DNA from: a virus
Lineage: Duplodnaviria > Caudoviricetes
Strand: one strand, 5' to 3'
Virus record (IMG/VR): IMGVR_UViG_3300030376_002653
Location: 1 to 36,933 of that record
Length of the DNA: 36,933 bases
The translations under genes were made by a program, and so were the position numbers. Shown here one piece after another: positions 18,518 to 28,156 of the stretch. The stretch's first letter is position 1. Each line of letters opens with the position of its first letter. The notes under the pieces are model-generated. The model did not search any database. It saw only the letters and a program-made list of their open reading frames with translations, and was not told where the DNA came from.

Positions 18518-20974
18518 ATGGATTTATTAGAAAGACAAAGAAGAGAAGACCAAATACAGGCAGAATTTAATAACTATAAAAGAGCAGGGTCTACTTTGTT
18601 ACAAGCAGGTAGGATAGATGAAAAAAAATACTATGCAAATGTTAGAAACAAAGGTATACAACTAGGTCTTCTAACGGAAAACGATTATCCAACAGATTTA
18701 CCTGCTGCTGTAGAACCTTTATTTAGAATTACAGGTGCTACATTAGGTGCTATTGCAGGTGGAGTAGCTGGTATAGCAGGAAGACAGAATCCGTTAACAT
18801 CTGCATCAGTAGGAGCTGGTCTTGGTGGTGCTGGTGCTACAGCAATAGTCAGAGAAATGGCTGAATTGTTGAATCCTGACTTGCCTTTAGCTCCAATGGG
18901 TAAAAAAATATCTGACGCAGGTATGGCAGGTGCTATTGATTTTGGTGGAACTATGATTGTTGGAGGAGCTTTTAATCAAGTAGGTAAACTTATTGGTGAC
19001 GGAGCAAAATTGAGTGCAAGAGGTGCTGCAAACTTAGCTAACAAAACGCCTGAACAATTAAGAAAAATATCTGATGGTATTCCTAAAAAAATAGGTTTTC
19101 TGCAAAGAATGGCGACAGACAAAACAAAAGAATTAAACGGATTAGTTGAAAAAACTGTAAAAGAAATGGAAGAACAAGGTTTAACTCCATATATGGCTGC
19201 CATGTCACCTGAGATAATTAAAAGTTATTTTCAAGCAGCAGGAGTAATGCCTATTCTAGGGACTCCAGTACAAAAACTTTATAAAAAACAAGTAGACGAA
19301 CTGGTAACTAGATTAGTAGATGGAGTTAAAAAAGACATAGGAAGAAGTGCCGCAGAAGGCAAAGCACCTCTTTTAAGTCCAGGCTCTTTTAAAGCAGTAG
19401 ACGGAAAGATTATAAGAAATCCTAGTAATGTACCTGATGAATTAAACAATACACAACTCGGTACAACTTTTATACATGCAGTAGAAAAAAATATAAACAA
19501 AATAGTCGATGAAAAAAAATTAGCTTATCAAGCTTTTGATAAAAGCATAAATAAATTACCTACTATTTCTACAACAACAACAGGATTAAAAGGAACTGTA
19601 GATGGTACAGAAACTACGATTGCACAAGGAAAATCTTTAGAACAAATATTTGGAATAAAAAATGGGAAAACAACAAACAATGGCATTTTTGTAGGCAATA
19701 GACAATTAAATGAATCTGCAAACGCTATTGCAGATATGCAAAGAAGATACATAAAACCTAATTCAAAAGAATATGTTTTACGAAATGTAAAATTTAACAA
19801 AGATGGCACAATAACTGGTAAGAATTTAAATCAATTATATTCAAACGTAAGAGACGCTAAAGGTAGCTTACAAAGAAACTTAAAAGTTCCTGGACAAAGA
19901 AGTTTGCCTGGAGATGCAGTTGCTCTAGCAAGATTAGGTAATGCACAAGCAGCAATCGAAGCAAGTTTAAAAACTGCTGGTAGAGCAGGTGACGATGTTT
20001 TTAATCAATTATCAACAGCAAAAAATTTACAAAAACAACTTGATGCAGATATACAAGCAAATATACCTGCAATAAGAGTTATGGGTTCTGAAAATATGTA
20101 TAAAGTATTAGCTTCAGAAGCTCCTGAGTTTGCAGTAAAAGGCACAAATTTGGTTAGCAAAGCACAAGGCAATGTTACTTTGGGAACAGTTGTAAAAGAA
20201 TATTTTGATAGTCCTAGCATTTCTTCACAACAATATTTAAAAAAAATATTAGATGAACAATCAGGAACAGGCTTGAGTTCTTATAAAGCTTTAGTCACAC
20301 AAGAAATGGACGATGTTTTTTATAAAACAATTTTTGAAAAAGCAAATAGAACAGGAGATTTTGCGTCATCTGTACCTGACTTTAGAAAAGCAATGGGTAT
20401 TGATGGTAGAGGTGGTGGTTTAATGAAGTCTAGACTTACTGTGGCTTATGGTAAAGAAACTGCTAATAAAATGATATCTGAATTGCCTAAAGTAGCTAAA
20501 GTAATGGAAGAACACATGATAAAACAACCAAACATGAGTAACTTTGTTGTTAGAAATGCAATCTTGTCAGGAAGCATTGGCATAGGTTCTATAGGAATAC
20601 TAGGATATTCTATGGGTGGCGTTCTCGGTACTGCTGTATCTTTAGGAATTATGCGTAGTGTAACTAATTTTCTAGCACAACCTTATTCTAAACAGCTTTT
20701 ATCAACAGCAATAAGCAAAAGTGGCACACCTGCTGGTGATGTTGCAGCAACAAGAATTATGGACGAATTAAATGCAGGAACAAAAAGTTCACAAGCATTT
20801 AACAATGCAAAAATAAAAACATTAGCAAAAGTAAATCCTGATGCTTTTAGAAAACTAACAACAGCATTTGCTAGGGCAGGTGTCGAAATTCCTAGACAAG
20901 CAGGAATAGAGGCAACAGCACAAGCTACAGGTTTAATTGATAGACCTGATGAAGATATATTGAGGGCAAGATAA
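18518..20974 (+). CDS. Large internal virion / DNA ejection protein
   Basis: 818 aa with Gly-zipper hydrophobic segments near both ends. Confidence 0.65.
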   Translation: MDLLERQRREDQIQAEFNNYKRAGSTLLQAGRIDEKKYYANVRNKGIQLGLLTENDYPTDLPAAVEPLFRITGATLGAIAGGVAGIAGRQNPLTSASVGAGLGGAGATAIVREMAELLNPDLPLAPMGKKISDAGMAGAIDFGGTMIVGGAFNQVGKLIGDGAKLSARGAANLANKTPEQLRKISDGIPKKIGFLQRMATDKTKELNGLVEKTVKEMEEQGLTPYMAAMSPEIIKSYFQAAGVMPILGTPVQKLYKKQVDELVTRLVDGVKKDIGRSAAEGKAPLLSPGSFKAVDGKIIRNPSNVPDELNNTQLGTTFIHAVEKNINKIVDEKKLAYQAFDKSINKLPTISTTTTGLKGTVDGTETTIAQGKSLEQIFGIKNGKTTNNGIFVGNRQLNESANAIADMQRRYIKPNSKEYVLRNVKFNKDGTITGKNLNQLYSNVRDAKGSLQRNLKVPGQRSLPGDAVALARLGNAQAAIEASLKTAGRAGDDVFNQLSTAKNLQKQLDADIQANIPAIRVMGSENMYKVLASEAPEFAVKGTNLVSKAQGNVTLGTVVKEYFDSPSISSQQYLKKILDEQSGTGLSSYKALVTQEMDDVFYKTIFEKANRTGDFASSVPDFRKAMGIDGRGGGLMKSRLTVAYGKETANKMISELPKVAKVMEEHMIKQPNMSNFVVRNAILSGSIGIGSIGILGYSMGGVLGTAVSLGIMRSVTNFLAQPYSKQLLSTAISKSGTPAGDVAATRIMDELNAGTKSSQAFNNAKIKTLAKVNPDAFRKLTTAFARAGVEIPRQAGIEATAQATGLIDRPDEDILRAR

Positions 20975-21405
20975 TGATACCAATGGAACTTTTGTCAATG
21001 TTAGCTTCTACTGTGCTAGGTGGCATTATGTCTATTGTTGCACAGAAAGGACAAGCACAAGCAGAAAGAGAAAAGATGTTGATGCAAAGAGCAGAGTTTG
21101 CAGCTAAACAAACTGACAAAGCAAGACAAGTTACTGACCCTCATACAAAACACACAAGGCGTTGGATAGCATTGATGTGTGTATTCTCAATTATAGTAAT
21201 ACCAATCGTTGCACCAATATTTACTGATGTTAATGTTGCATATCAGATAGTAACTGAAGCTAGTAGTGGTTGGTGGATATTTGGCGAAACATACGAAACA
21301 TCTTACTTTGAAGAAGGTAATACAATTTACATAACTAACCTACAATCGCACACAATTTTCTCAATTATAGGGCTATATTTTGGTGGCTCACTAACAAGGA
21401 AATAA
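20974..21405 (+). CDS. Holin-like membrane protein (3 hydrophobic segments)
   Basis: N-terminal hydrophobic helix; TRRWIALMCVFSIIVIPIV; C-terminal IIGLYFG. Confidence 0.6.
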   Translation: MIPMELLSMLASTVLGGIMSIVAQKGQAQAEREKMLMQRAEFAAKQTDKARQVTDPHTKHTRRWIALMCVFSIIVIPIVAPIFTDVNVAYQIVTEASSGWWIFGETYETSYFEEGNTIYITNLQSHTIFSIIGLYFGGSLTRK

Positions 21406-21406
21406 G

Positions 21407-21655
21407 ATGGTAGCTAAGAAATATCAATCTAAAACAGGTGGATTAAACGAAGCAGGTAGAAAGTTCTTTAAAAGAACTACAGGCTCTAATTTAAAAAGAC
21501 CTGTTACAGGCAAAGTCAAACCAGGTTCAAAGGCAGCTAAAAGACGAGCAAGTTTTTGTGCAAGAATGTCAGGAGTCAAAGGTCCAATGAAAGACAGCAA
21601 AGGAAGACCAACACGTAAAGCGTTGGCATTAAAAAAATGGAAATGTCGCACATAA
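21407..21655 (+). CDS. Basic hypothetical protein (RRASFCARM family)
   Basis: GGLNEAGRK...KRRASFCARMSG...ALKKWKC. Confidence 0.8.
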   Translation: MVAKKYQSKTGGLNEAGRKFFKRTTGSNLKRPVTGKVKPGSKAAKRRASFCARMSGVKGPMKDSKGRPTRKALALKKWKCRT

Positions 21656-22269
21656 AAGGGGCTTTAATTCTACTCGCAATATTTATCGCAATGCTCAGTA
21701 TAGAGAATGCGTTTTCTGATGTAACATCTAGTGGAAGCACTACAAACACTCAGTCTAATAATGCTGGAAGTAATACAGCTATTACTGGTGGATATGAATC
21801 TAGCACTACATATCAATCAGGCAGTAGTTCAAACAGCACTACTAATAACGAGACAAATAATAGTACAAATCAAAAGACAGCCGTAAATAGTTCTACAGCA
21901 CCTGCAATGAGCGTTTATGGACAGGATAGTTGCGTTATACCACTTGCAGCAGGAGTGACTGTAATAGGCTTCTCAGGCTCATTTGGTAGCTATATGGTAG
22001 ATGAGGAGTGTGAACGTAGGAAAGCTACTTCAGTACTAGCTAAACTTGGTATGAAAGTAGCAGCAATATCTCTGATGTGTCAAGACGAAAATGTATGGCA
22101 ATCAATGTGGGACGCAGGGACTCCATGTCCTATTGAGGGTTTGATTGGAGAAGAAGCTAAAGCAAAGTGGACAGAAATAGGTGGCTTTCAAAAACCAAAT
22201 GTTAACAATTGGAATGGCAAACCTATACCATCAGGAATGATTAATGAAGATAATAATGTTAATAAGTAG
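21637..22269 (+). CDS. Secreted/envelope protein with S/T/N-rich linker and Cys-containing domain
   Basis: Signal-peptide-like N-terminus; DSC...ECERRK...LMCQD...AGTPCP. Confidence 0.75.
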   Translation: MEMSHIKGALILLAIFIAMLSIENAFSDVTSSGSTTNTQSNNAGSNTAITGGYESSTTYQSGSSSNSTTNNETNNSTNQKTAVNSSTAPAMSVYGQDSCVIPLAAGVTVIGFSGSFGSYMVDEECERRKATSVLAKLGMKVAAISLMCQDENVWQSMWDAGTPCPIEGLIGEEAKAKWTEIGGFQKPNVNNWNGKPIPSGMINEDNNVNK

Positions 22270-22369
22270 TTTATTGTTAGTAAGTTGTGCAACTCATAGT
22301 ATTACTCTAGGAGAAATGACAATTTACGGAAGTAATGAACAAGAAATACCAGCACCTGAAAGACGATGA
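22244..22369 (+). CDS. Small lipoprotein, 41 aa
   Basis: MKIIMLISSLLLVSCATH with lipobox LVSC; ATGA-coupled to 22366; below the ORF-track cutoff. Confidence 0.65.
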   Translation: MKIIMLISSLLLVSCATHSITLGEMTIYGSNEQEIPAPERR

Positions 22370-24039
22370 GATATTTAATTTTACTAATACCTGTTATAAC
22401 TTTTGCAGACATAAACACAACAGGTAATTTAATTACTAATGGTACATTCGATAACGGCACTACAGGTTGGACATTATCAGGTGATGCACAAAGAATTGGA
22501 GATTGTTGTCCTGGTGGACATGACTTAGAGTTTGGAGACAATGGTAGTATTGAGCAATCATTTAACCTTATAGGAACTTCTATAACACAACCTATGCTCG
22601 ACAATGGTATTACTCTAAATTCTACAGTTGAAGTACAAAATGGTGAGGGTGGTGTAGGCTCTTGGTGTTCAAGCTGTGGTGATGCTGATAGTTTTAGTAT
22701 TAGACTACAAATAAGAGATGAAAATAACGAAGTATTAACTTCAGTTATTCAGGAGAGATTTAATGTTACAGGAATTGATGGCAAAGATTTTAGCGATACT
22801 GTCTCGTATACAGGGACTGGTAGTAACATTGGAAATATTAATATTAGTGGTACCGATGCTGCTGCTCCTGCTAATCTTGGTGGTCCTAATGTAGATAACA
22901 TATCAGTCACAATGACTTATGATGATACTGTTCTTACTGCTATGCAAACAGCAATACTTAATACAGCATTTGAAGAAATAGAAGAAGTATTAACTACGAT
23001 TGAGCCTGAAGAATTATTTATATATGAAGAATTTATTGTAGAGGAAATCATACCTTTTGAAGAACCTCAGATAGCGACAGAGATGTTTAGTGAGGTTTAC
23101 ATAAAAGAGGTAGAGATAGAAGAAATAAACACAGGTATTGTAAATGTATTTCGACTAGCTCCACCTGAAGAAATTATAGAAATAAGCAGTTTACCTGCTA
23201 TAAAAACATTTGAAGAAATACCGATGGAGGTAAGTTATGGTAATCAAGAGACCATCGAAGAAATCGCAACAGAAATCCAAATTGAAGAAGAAGTTATTGA
23301 AGTCAGAGAAAACTCAAACATCGAAACAACCGAAAGTTTTGAAAACGCAGGAGAAGAATTGGTCGGACACCATGAATCTCAAGGCACAGGAAATGAGGAA
23401 GGAACACCTCAAACAACAGGAGGTGGAGTTGAACAAGAGCCTACTGAACAGGCTATTGAAGAAAACGAAACAAGTCCTGAACCTCCTGAAAGAGAAACTA
23501 CTGTTGCTTCTGCACAGGAAGTAAATGAAGCTGGAGGAGTTACTGAGGAAAATGAGATTAACGGAGAAGGAGAAACAAGAACAAGTCGAGATGGAGATGT
23601 TGGAGATGAAACTGATGCTAGAGCAGAAGAAGATGTCGAAGGCAGAAATCAAGAGGTGGAAGAAGGCAGGAATGAAAGAGTTTCTCCAAGAAATAATCAA
23701 ACTATTACAGTAGAAGCTATAAGAAAAAAGGTTAATGAAACAATAAAAAGAGTTGACCAAAGATTAGTAGCTACTTCAATGATAGTTGCAAAGTCAATGC
23801 AATCTAAACAAAACATAAACGAGTACTCTAATACAAATCAAAACATATTTAACAACCAATTGAATATAAATGGAGGTGATTACTTTGAAGCAAGACAATA
23901 TATTGATGCTAGAAATTTATATGCTGAAAATCAGAATGTTTATGATGACCCTGTTACACGATATCAAGAGAATCTTCAGGATAAAATAGACAACAGGATT
24001 AGAGCAGAAGAACACTTAAGGAGGATTCGTGGATATTAA
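22366..24039 (+). CDS. Secreted protein: beta-sandwich (CBM-like) N-domain, long Glu-rich linker, helical C-domain
   Basis: Short signal peptide; NLITNGTFDNGTTGW; GPNVDNISV; very acidic middle. Confidence 0.75.
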   Translation: MRYLILLIPVITFADINTTGNLITNGTFDNGTTGWTLSGDAQRIGDCCPGGHDLEFGDNGSIEQSFNLIGTSITQPMLDNGITLNSTVEVQNGEGGVGSWCSSCGDADSFSIRLQIRDENNEVLTSVIQERFNVTGIDGKDFSDTVSYTGTGSNIGNINISGTDAAAPANLGGPNVDNISVTMTYDDTVLTAMQTAILNTAFEEIEEVLTTIEPEELFIYEEFIVEEIIPFEEPQIATEMFSEVYIKEVEIEEINTGIVNVFRLAPPEEIIEISSLPAIKTFEEIPMEVSYGNQETIEEIATEIQIEEEVIEVRENSNIETTESFENAGEELVGHHESQGTGNEEGTPQTTGGGVEQEPTEQAIEENETSPEPPERETTVASAQEVNEAGGVTEENEINGEGETRTSRDGDVGDETDARAEEDVEGRNQEVEEGRNERVSPRNNQTITVEAIRKKVNETIKRVDQRLVATSMIVAKSMQSKQNINEYSNTNQNIFNNQLNINGGDYFEARQYIDARNLYAENQNVYDDPVTRYQENLQDKIDNRIRAEEHLRRIRGY

Positions 24040-24253
24040 AACCATAGCGACTGGCATAGGTCTAGTCATAACTATAGCTGGACTTTTTGTATATCAAGGA
24101 CAGTTAATACAAAGAATAGATGTTTTAGAGGCACAAACTGCACCAAATATAAAACCACTAGAACAAGATATAGCAATAAACAAAGCTGAAATAGCTGTAA
24201 TTAAATCTAAGATAGAAGAGATTAAAGCACGTTCAGATAATCCATTGAGGTAA
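24029..24253 (+). CDS. Membrane-anchored coiled-coil protein
   Basis: GAGGA RBS then GTG; N-terminal TM helix followed by coiled coil. Confidence 0.75.
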   Translation: MDIKTIATGIGLVITIAGLFVYQGQLIQRIDVLEAQTAPNIKPLEQDIAINKAEIAVIKSKIEEIKARSDNPLR

Positions 24254-24255
24254 TT

Positions 24256-24720
24256 ATGCCAAAAAGAGCAGATACAGAAAAAGAAACTAAGTTTATAAAT
24301 TATTTTTGTGAAGGAGAAACACAAGGTAATGCAACACAATCGGCAATAAAGGCTGGTTACAATAAAGATACAAAACCTGCACAAATGGGAGCTTATTTAA
24401 GAAAAAAATTATCTACAGATATAAGAAAGAAAAACGAAGAGATGATTGCTAATACTAGCAGTCGTGCAATATCTGTACTTAATAATTTATTAGAATCAGA
24501 ACAGGATAGTGTTAAGCTCAATACAGCTAAACTGTTGCTTGAGCTTGGAAACTTCCACAGTCAAAACATAAATATAAATGTTGACGATGTAAAAGAAAAG
24601 TCAGACGAAGAACTAATGTTAGAGTTGAAAACATTATTGATATCTAATCCTGATTTAAGAGAAGTTATAAAAGAACAGGCAGAAGAAGTTATTGACGAAT
24701 CAGAACAAACAAAACATTAA
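24256..24720 (+). CDS. terS: Terminase small subunit
   Basis: GNATQSAIKAGY HTH motif; VKLNTAKLLLELG. Confidence 0.8.
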   Translation: MPKRADTEKETKFINYFCEGETQGNATQSAIKAGYNKDTKPAQMGAYLRKKLSTDIRKKNEEMIANTSSRAISVLNNLLESEQDSVKLNTAKLLLELGNFHSQNININVDDVKEKSDEELMLELKTLLISNPDLREVIKEQAEEVIDESEQTKH

Positions 24721-25241
24721 CTAGTATCACCTATTTTTTCTAGAGCGTCTATTTCTATGCTTTCTATCTCTTCACGTATGTTTTTGTGCATTGGTGCAAT
24801 TTTTTTGTATTGTTTTTGATTCATTTTTAACAAGTTTGCTCTAATGTTATCTGTATATATAAAGTCACCATCTACGCAATGATGACATTTTTGTATATTA
24901 TTTTTTAATTTATAAAAACCTCTTCCAGAACAAAAAGGACATTTGATTACAGTTAACTCAATCAAAGAAGCTTTTACAACGGAACACACCAAATCTTTTT
25001 CCTCCGATTTATAAGTATTGTTATTATTTAATTCATATAAAAATACTTTATAAAAATGAGAGAGAGATTCATCATCATCTAAATATTTACCCAAAATAAA
25101 ATCCATTTCTTTATTGGTTAGTTTGCAATACGCCAATTTCAAAAGCACATCTTCTGTACTAAGGGCGTTGTGTATTTTACTTTTCTTCTCTGATATCTCA
25201 GGAGATGAAGGTGTCAGTTTTTTAATAATTTCAAGTTTCAT
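24717..25241 (-). CDS. Antiterminator Q-like Zn-finger protein
   Basis: CPFCSGRG...CHHCVDG zinc finger followed by an HTH-like segment; last gene of the leftward early operon. Confidence 0.55.
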   Translation of the reverse strand: MKLEIIKKLTPSSPEISEKKSKIHNALSTEDVLLKLAYCKLTNKEMDFILGKYLDDDESLSHFYKVFLYELNNNNTYKSEEKDLVCSVVKASLIELTVIKCPFCSGRGFYKLKNNIQKCHHCVDGDFIYTDNIRANLLKMNQKQYKKIAPMHKNIREEIESIEIDALEKIGDTS

Positions 25242-25515
25242 TTTTACTCTCGTACCAATCTAATAATTCTTGTTGTGAGCCAAATTTATTTTCCCAATTC
25301 CTAGTCCCTATGTGATGTATTCCTTCGATTCCTTGGTGATGAGTGTGACACAAGGGAATGTATTTTTCTGTCGATTTTAGCCCCATACCAGCCCCTGTAA
25401 AGTGATGTATACATGGTTCAGTATACACCCCATATACTTTTTGACAAACAACGCACCCAAAATCTACCATTCTGTTGTATTTTTCTTGTGTTTCCTTATT
25501 AGGTCTCTTAGCCAT
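25231..25515 (-). CDS. Ref-like (RecA-dependent)/DUF968-type HNH nuclease
   Basis: GCVVC...IHH...GMGLK...IPLCHTHH...GIH...WENKFG. Confidence 0.75.
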   Translation of the reverse strand: MAKRPNKETQEKYNRMVDFGCVVCQKVYGVYTEPCIHHFTGAGMGLKSTEKYIPLCHTHHQGIEGIHHIGTRNWENKFGSQQELLDWYESKNET

Positions 25516-25558
25516 TGTTTTAAATAATTGAATGTTAACAATTAGAAAGTAGATTCAA

Positions 25559-25915
25559 TTATAGTTCTTGATAAAATTTCTTTTCTCTACGTAAATTAGC
25601 AGATTGTGTTCTGAATAAATCGCAGAATAACTCAGCAGATTTCAGCTTGTACTTCAAATCTATGATTGTTTTCTTCAATTCTACTAGCTTTGGTATGTGA
25701 TTTATTACCTCTAGCTGTGTATTTGCCCATGCTTCCTTCTCTTTTTGAGTCATTTTTTTATCTGAGAGGCTAATATAGGCTTGGTCTCGCTCTAATTTCA
25801 TTTCCATTGAGTGCTTTTCGTACTCACTTTCAGCTTCAGCTAACTTGCTACCTAACTTTTCTATGTGAAAAACAGCTTTTTCTAGATTCTCATCTCCTAA
25901 TCTAATTGCACTCAT
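25559..25915 (-). CDS. Helical coiled-coil protein (possibly UvsY-like)
   Basis: KMTQKEKEAWAN...FRTQSANLR; family assignment weak. Confidence 0.55.
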   Translation of the reverse strand: MSAIRLGDENLEKAVFHIEKLGSKLAEAESEYEKHSMEMKLERDQAYISLSDKKMTQKEKEAWANTQLEVINHIPKLVELKKTIIDLKYKLKSAELFCDLFRTQSANLRREKKFYQEL

Positions 25916-26370
25916 TTCTTACACATGCCTACTAGCTTTTGTTTGACGTTTTGTGGCAAAGAATCATAGCTTTGATTATTCAATTCAGCTTTGTACATCT
26001 CCTTAAACTTCTCTGTCATCATATCAACCTCTGTCTCCAACATACCCCTAATCCTTTTCTCTCCAATTCTTCTAATCACATTCATAAATGGTTTGTTATT
26101 ATTTAATCTTTTTAGATTCTTTCTTGATATATAATCTCTGAACAAAGACTCATGTTCTGTTTCAGTTGCCATGTTTTTTGTAATATCACAGACTTGTGGT
26201 TTCCATTCAGAATCTTTTGTATGGTTCGATAGCGATTTTAAACAATCTTCTATCTGTTCGTCTTTGAAAGCTAACCAAAAAAATCCTTTTTGAACATCAT
26301 TTAACTTTTTTTGTTTAGGATATGCGTCATCAATTAGCCTAACGAACCCATTAAATTCTTGCTTGTTCAT
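25912..26370 (-). CDS. Helicase loader/inhibitor-like protein (G39P/lambda-P-like N-domain)
   Basis: MNKQEF...IDDAYP...W...HTKDSEWKPQVCDI pattern. Confidence 0.5.
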   Translation of the reverse strand: MNKQEFNGFVRLIDDAYPKQKKLNDVQKGFFWLAFKDEQIEDCLKSLSNHTKDSEWKPQVCDITKNMATETEHESLFRDYISRKNLKRLNNNKPFMNVIRRIGEKRIRGMLETEVDMMTEKFKEMYKAELNNQSYDSLPQNVKQKLVGMCKK

Positions 26371-26667
26371 CTAACTGTCCACTTCAAGCTGATTGTTTAT
26401 CGCTACTTGATTCCAATCTAACTCTTTCATGATTTCAATTAGGACTTCATCAGTCAAAAATAATGTTCCTGTCTCTGTTGTTCGCATTTTTCTCAAAACA
26501 GAATTGACTAATTCTTTGTAATCAGTCTCGCCTACCGACTCTTCAAGCTTATCTTCTGTCCATTCAATCATAGTATTCATAGGCGTTTCCCAACCATAAT
26601 TGTCTTGTGCTTTGTATTTTTCTAACTTTTCTTTAAAAGCTATTAATGTTTGTTTATCAAATTTCAT
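26371..26667 (-). CDS. Hypothetical protein, first gene of the leftward operon
   Basis: GAGGGG RBS upstream on the minus strand. Confidence 0.75.
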   Translation of the reverse strand: MKFDKQTLIAFKEKLEKYKAQDNYGWETPMNTMIEWTEDKLEESVGETDYKELVNSVLRKMRTTETGTLFLTDEVLIEIMKELDWNQVAINNQLEVDS

Positions 26668-26738
26668 TCGAACCCCTCAATTAATATTCATTCCTAATTA
26701 ATATTTATTATATTTAATATTAATTATATATGTTTATT

Positions 26739-26767
26739 AATATAGATATTAACTTATAGAAAGTCAA
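26739..26767 (-). promoter_or_regulatory. Sigma70-type leftward promoter
   Basis: TTGACT-17-TATATT on the minus strand. Confidence 0.7.
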
Positions 26768-26790
26768 ACTATTTATTTTTCAAAAAAGTC

Positions 26791-26819
26791 TTGCATGATT
26801 TAAAACATGATGTTATCTT
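26791..26819 (+). promoter_or_regulatory. Sigma70-type rightward promoter
   Basis: TTGCAT-17-TATCTT with extended TG. Confidence 0.65.
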
Positions 26820-26843
26820 AAAATCCTAACTTGAGGATAAATT

Positions 26844-27368
26844 ATGAGTACAGAAATCGCAGAACACTTGATGAAAGAGTATGACTTCCTTGTCAAAAAA
26901 GACTTTTGGGACTGTCATGGAACGCCAATCATAAAACATTACGCCTTATTGCAAGTTGCAGAAAAGAATCTGATAACTTTCGGTAGCCCTGATGTTTTGG
27001 ACATAGACCTAAAAAACAGAATATGTTGCATTGGCATACATGCCAAAATGGGAGATAAAATAGAATACGATATAGGAGAGGCTTGTCCTGAAAATTGTAC
27101 CAACGCATACACTACAGCTATGGCAATCAAACGTGCCAAAGACAGAGCCATAATTAAGATTTTAGGTTTGTATGGCAAAGTTTATTCTGACGCTGATGTT
27201 ATTCAAGACAAAGAGGGTAACAAAGCTTTTGCAGAAGATATACAAGTATGGCAAGGAACAACCGAAGAACAAGTAGCAAAGGCTAAAGCAGAGGTTGATA
27301 ACTTAAAAAAACAAACCAAAATTGATTTAAAAGAAAAAATACAAAAGGAAGTTGAAATAAATGAGTAG
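26844..27368 (+). CDS. Putative single-strand annealing protein (Rad52/Sak-like)
   Basis: AMAIKRAKDRAIIKILGLYGKVYSDAD; directly upstream of the exonuclease. Confidence 0.55.
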   Translation: MSTEIAEHLMKEYDFLVKKDFWDCHGTPIIKHYALLQVAEKNLITFGSPDVLDIDLKNRICCIGIHAKMGDKIEYDIGEACPENCTNAYTTAMAIKRAKDRAIIKILGLYGKVYSDADVIQDKEGNKAFAEDIQVWQGTTEEQVAKAKAEVDNLKKQTKIDLKEKIQKEVEINE

Positions 27369-28122
27369 AATAAATCTACGTTCAAGCTCGTTTGGAGACT
27401 ATTGTTTCGGCATGTATACCAAAAAAGACAAGAAAATGTTTAATGACCTTTATGATATACAAGAAGAATTTTCATGGTTTCAAAACTCTCTTATGCAGTA
27501 CGGAACAAAGCATGAAAGACATGGAATAGCAGAATTTGTTAATTGGTTTGGAGAAATGCCTGAAAATATATTAGGTGAACAGGTCAATTTGGTTGTGCCT
27601 GTAACCGAAGTAATGAGCATATCAAGTACGCCTGACGGATTTTGCATGGAAGGAAACGGATTGGTGGAGGTAAAATGTACCAAAACAAAGAAACAGGCAA
27701 AGCCTGACTTTGACGCTAGGTGGCTACCACAAATATACGGACAAATGTTGGTTGTAAATCAATATTACGCACTCAAAAAGATACCAAAAAAGATTGAGAA
27801 AACATTTTTAGTAAACTGGGCAGAGAAAAGCACAAAAATATATAAGGTAGAGAGAAACAAACAGGCAATAGATTTAATCTTGAGCCTTTTAAAACATTAC
27901 GGACACACACTAAGAAGTGTTAAAGAATGTGTTAAGGATTTACCAGCTTACATAGACTTGACAGATGAGCAAAAACGAAGTGTTTTAAAAATGATTAATG
28001 AAAAATATAATGAACATTTTATTCTTAATCTTACAAATCATGGAACGGAAGAAATGCAACATGAAATTATGGAAAAAGCATTAAAAGAAAACGTAATGCT
28101 GGTATATGAGTCATCGGTTTAA
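27361..28122 (+). CDS. YqaJ/lambda-exonuclease family nuclease
   Basis: MQYGTKHE, STPDG, VEVKC, QIYGQM. Confidence 0.85.
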   Translation: MSRINLRSSSFGDYCFGMYTKKDKKMFNDLYDIQEEFSWFQNSLMQYGTKHERHGIAEFVNWFGEMPENILGEQVNLVVPVTEVMSISSTPDGFCMEGNGLVEVKCTKTKKQAKPDFDARWLPQIYGQMLVVNQYYALKKIPKKIEKTFLVNWAEKSTKIYKVERNKQAIDLILSLLKHYGHTLRSVKECVKDLPAYIDLTDEQKRSVLKMINEKYNEHFILNLTNHGTEEMQHEIMEKALKENVMLVYESSV

Positions 28123-28156
28123 ATAATACAATGTTAACAAAAAAGGAGAGATAAAA

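Noticed and set aside
986-23760. Many minus-strand and alternate-frame ORFs in the ORF track within the late region (e.g. 5257-5727, 6435-7115, 9854-10372, 23237-23524, 23314-23760)
   Set aside because: Shadow ORFs fully overlapping well-supported, coupled + strand genes; no RBS or protein-like motifs.
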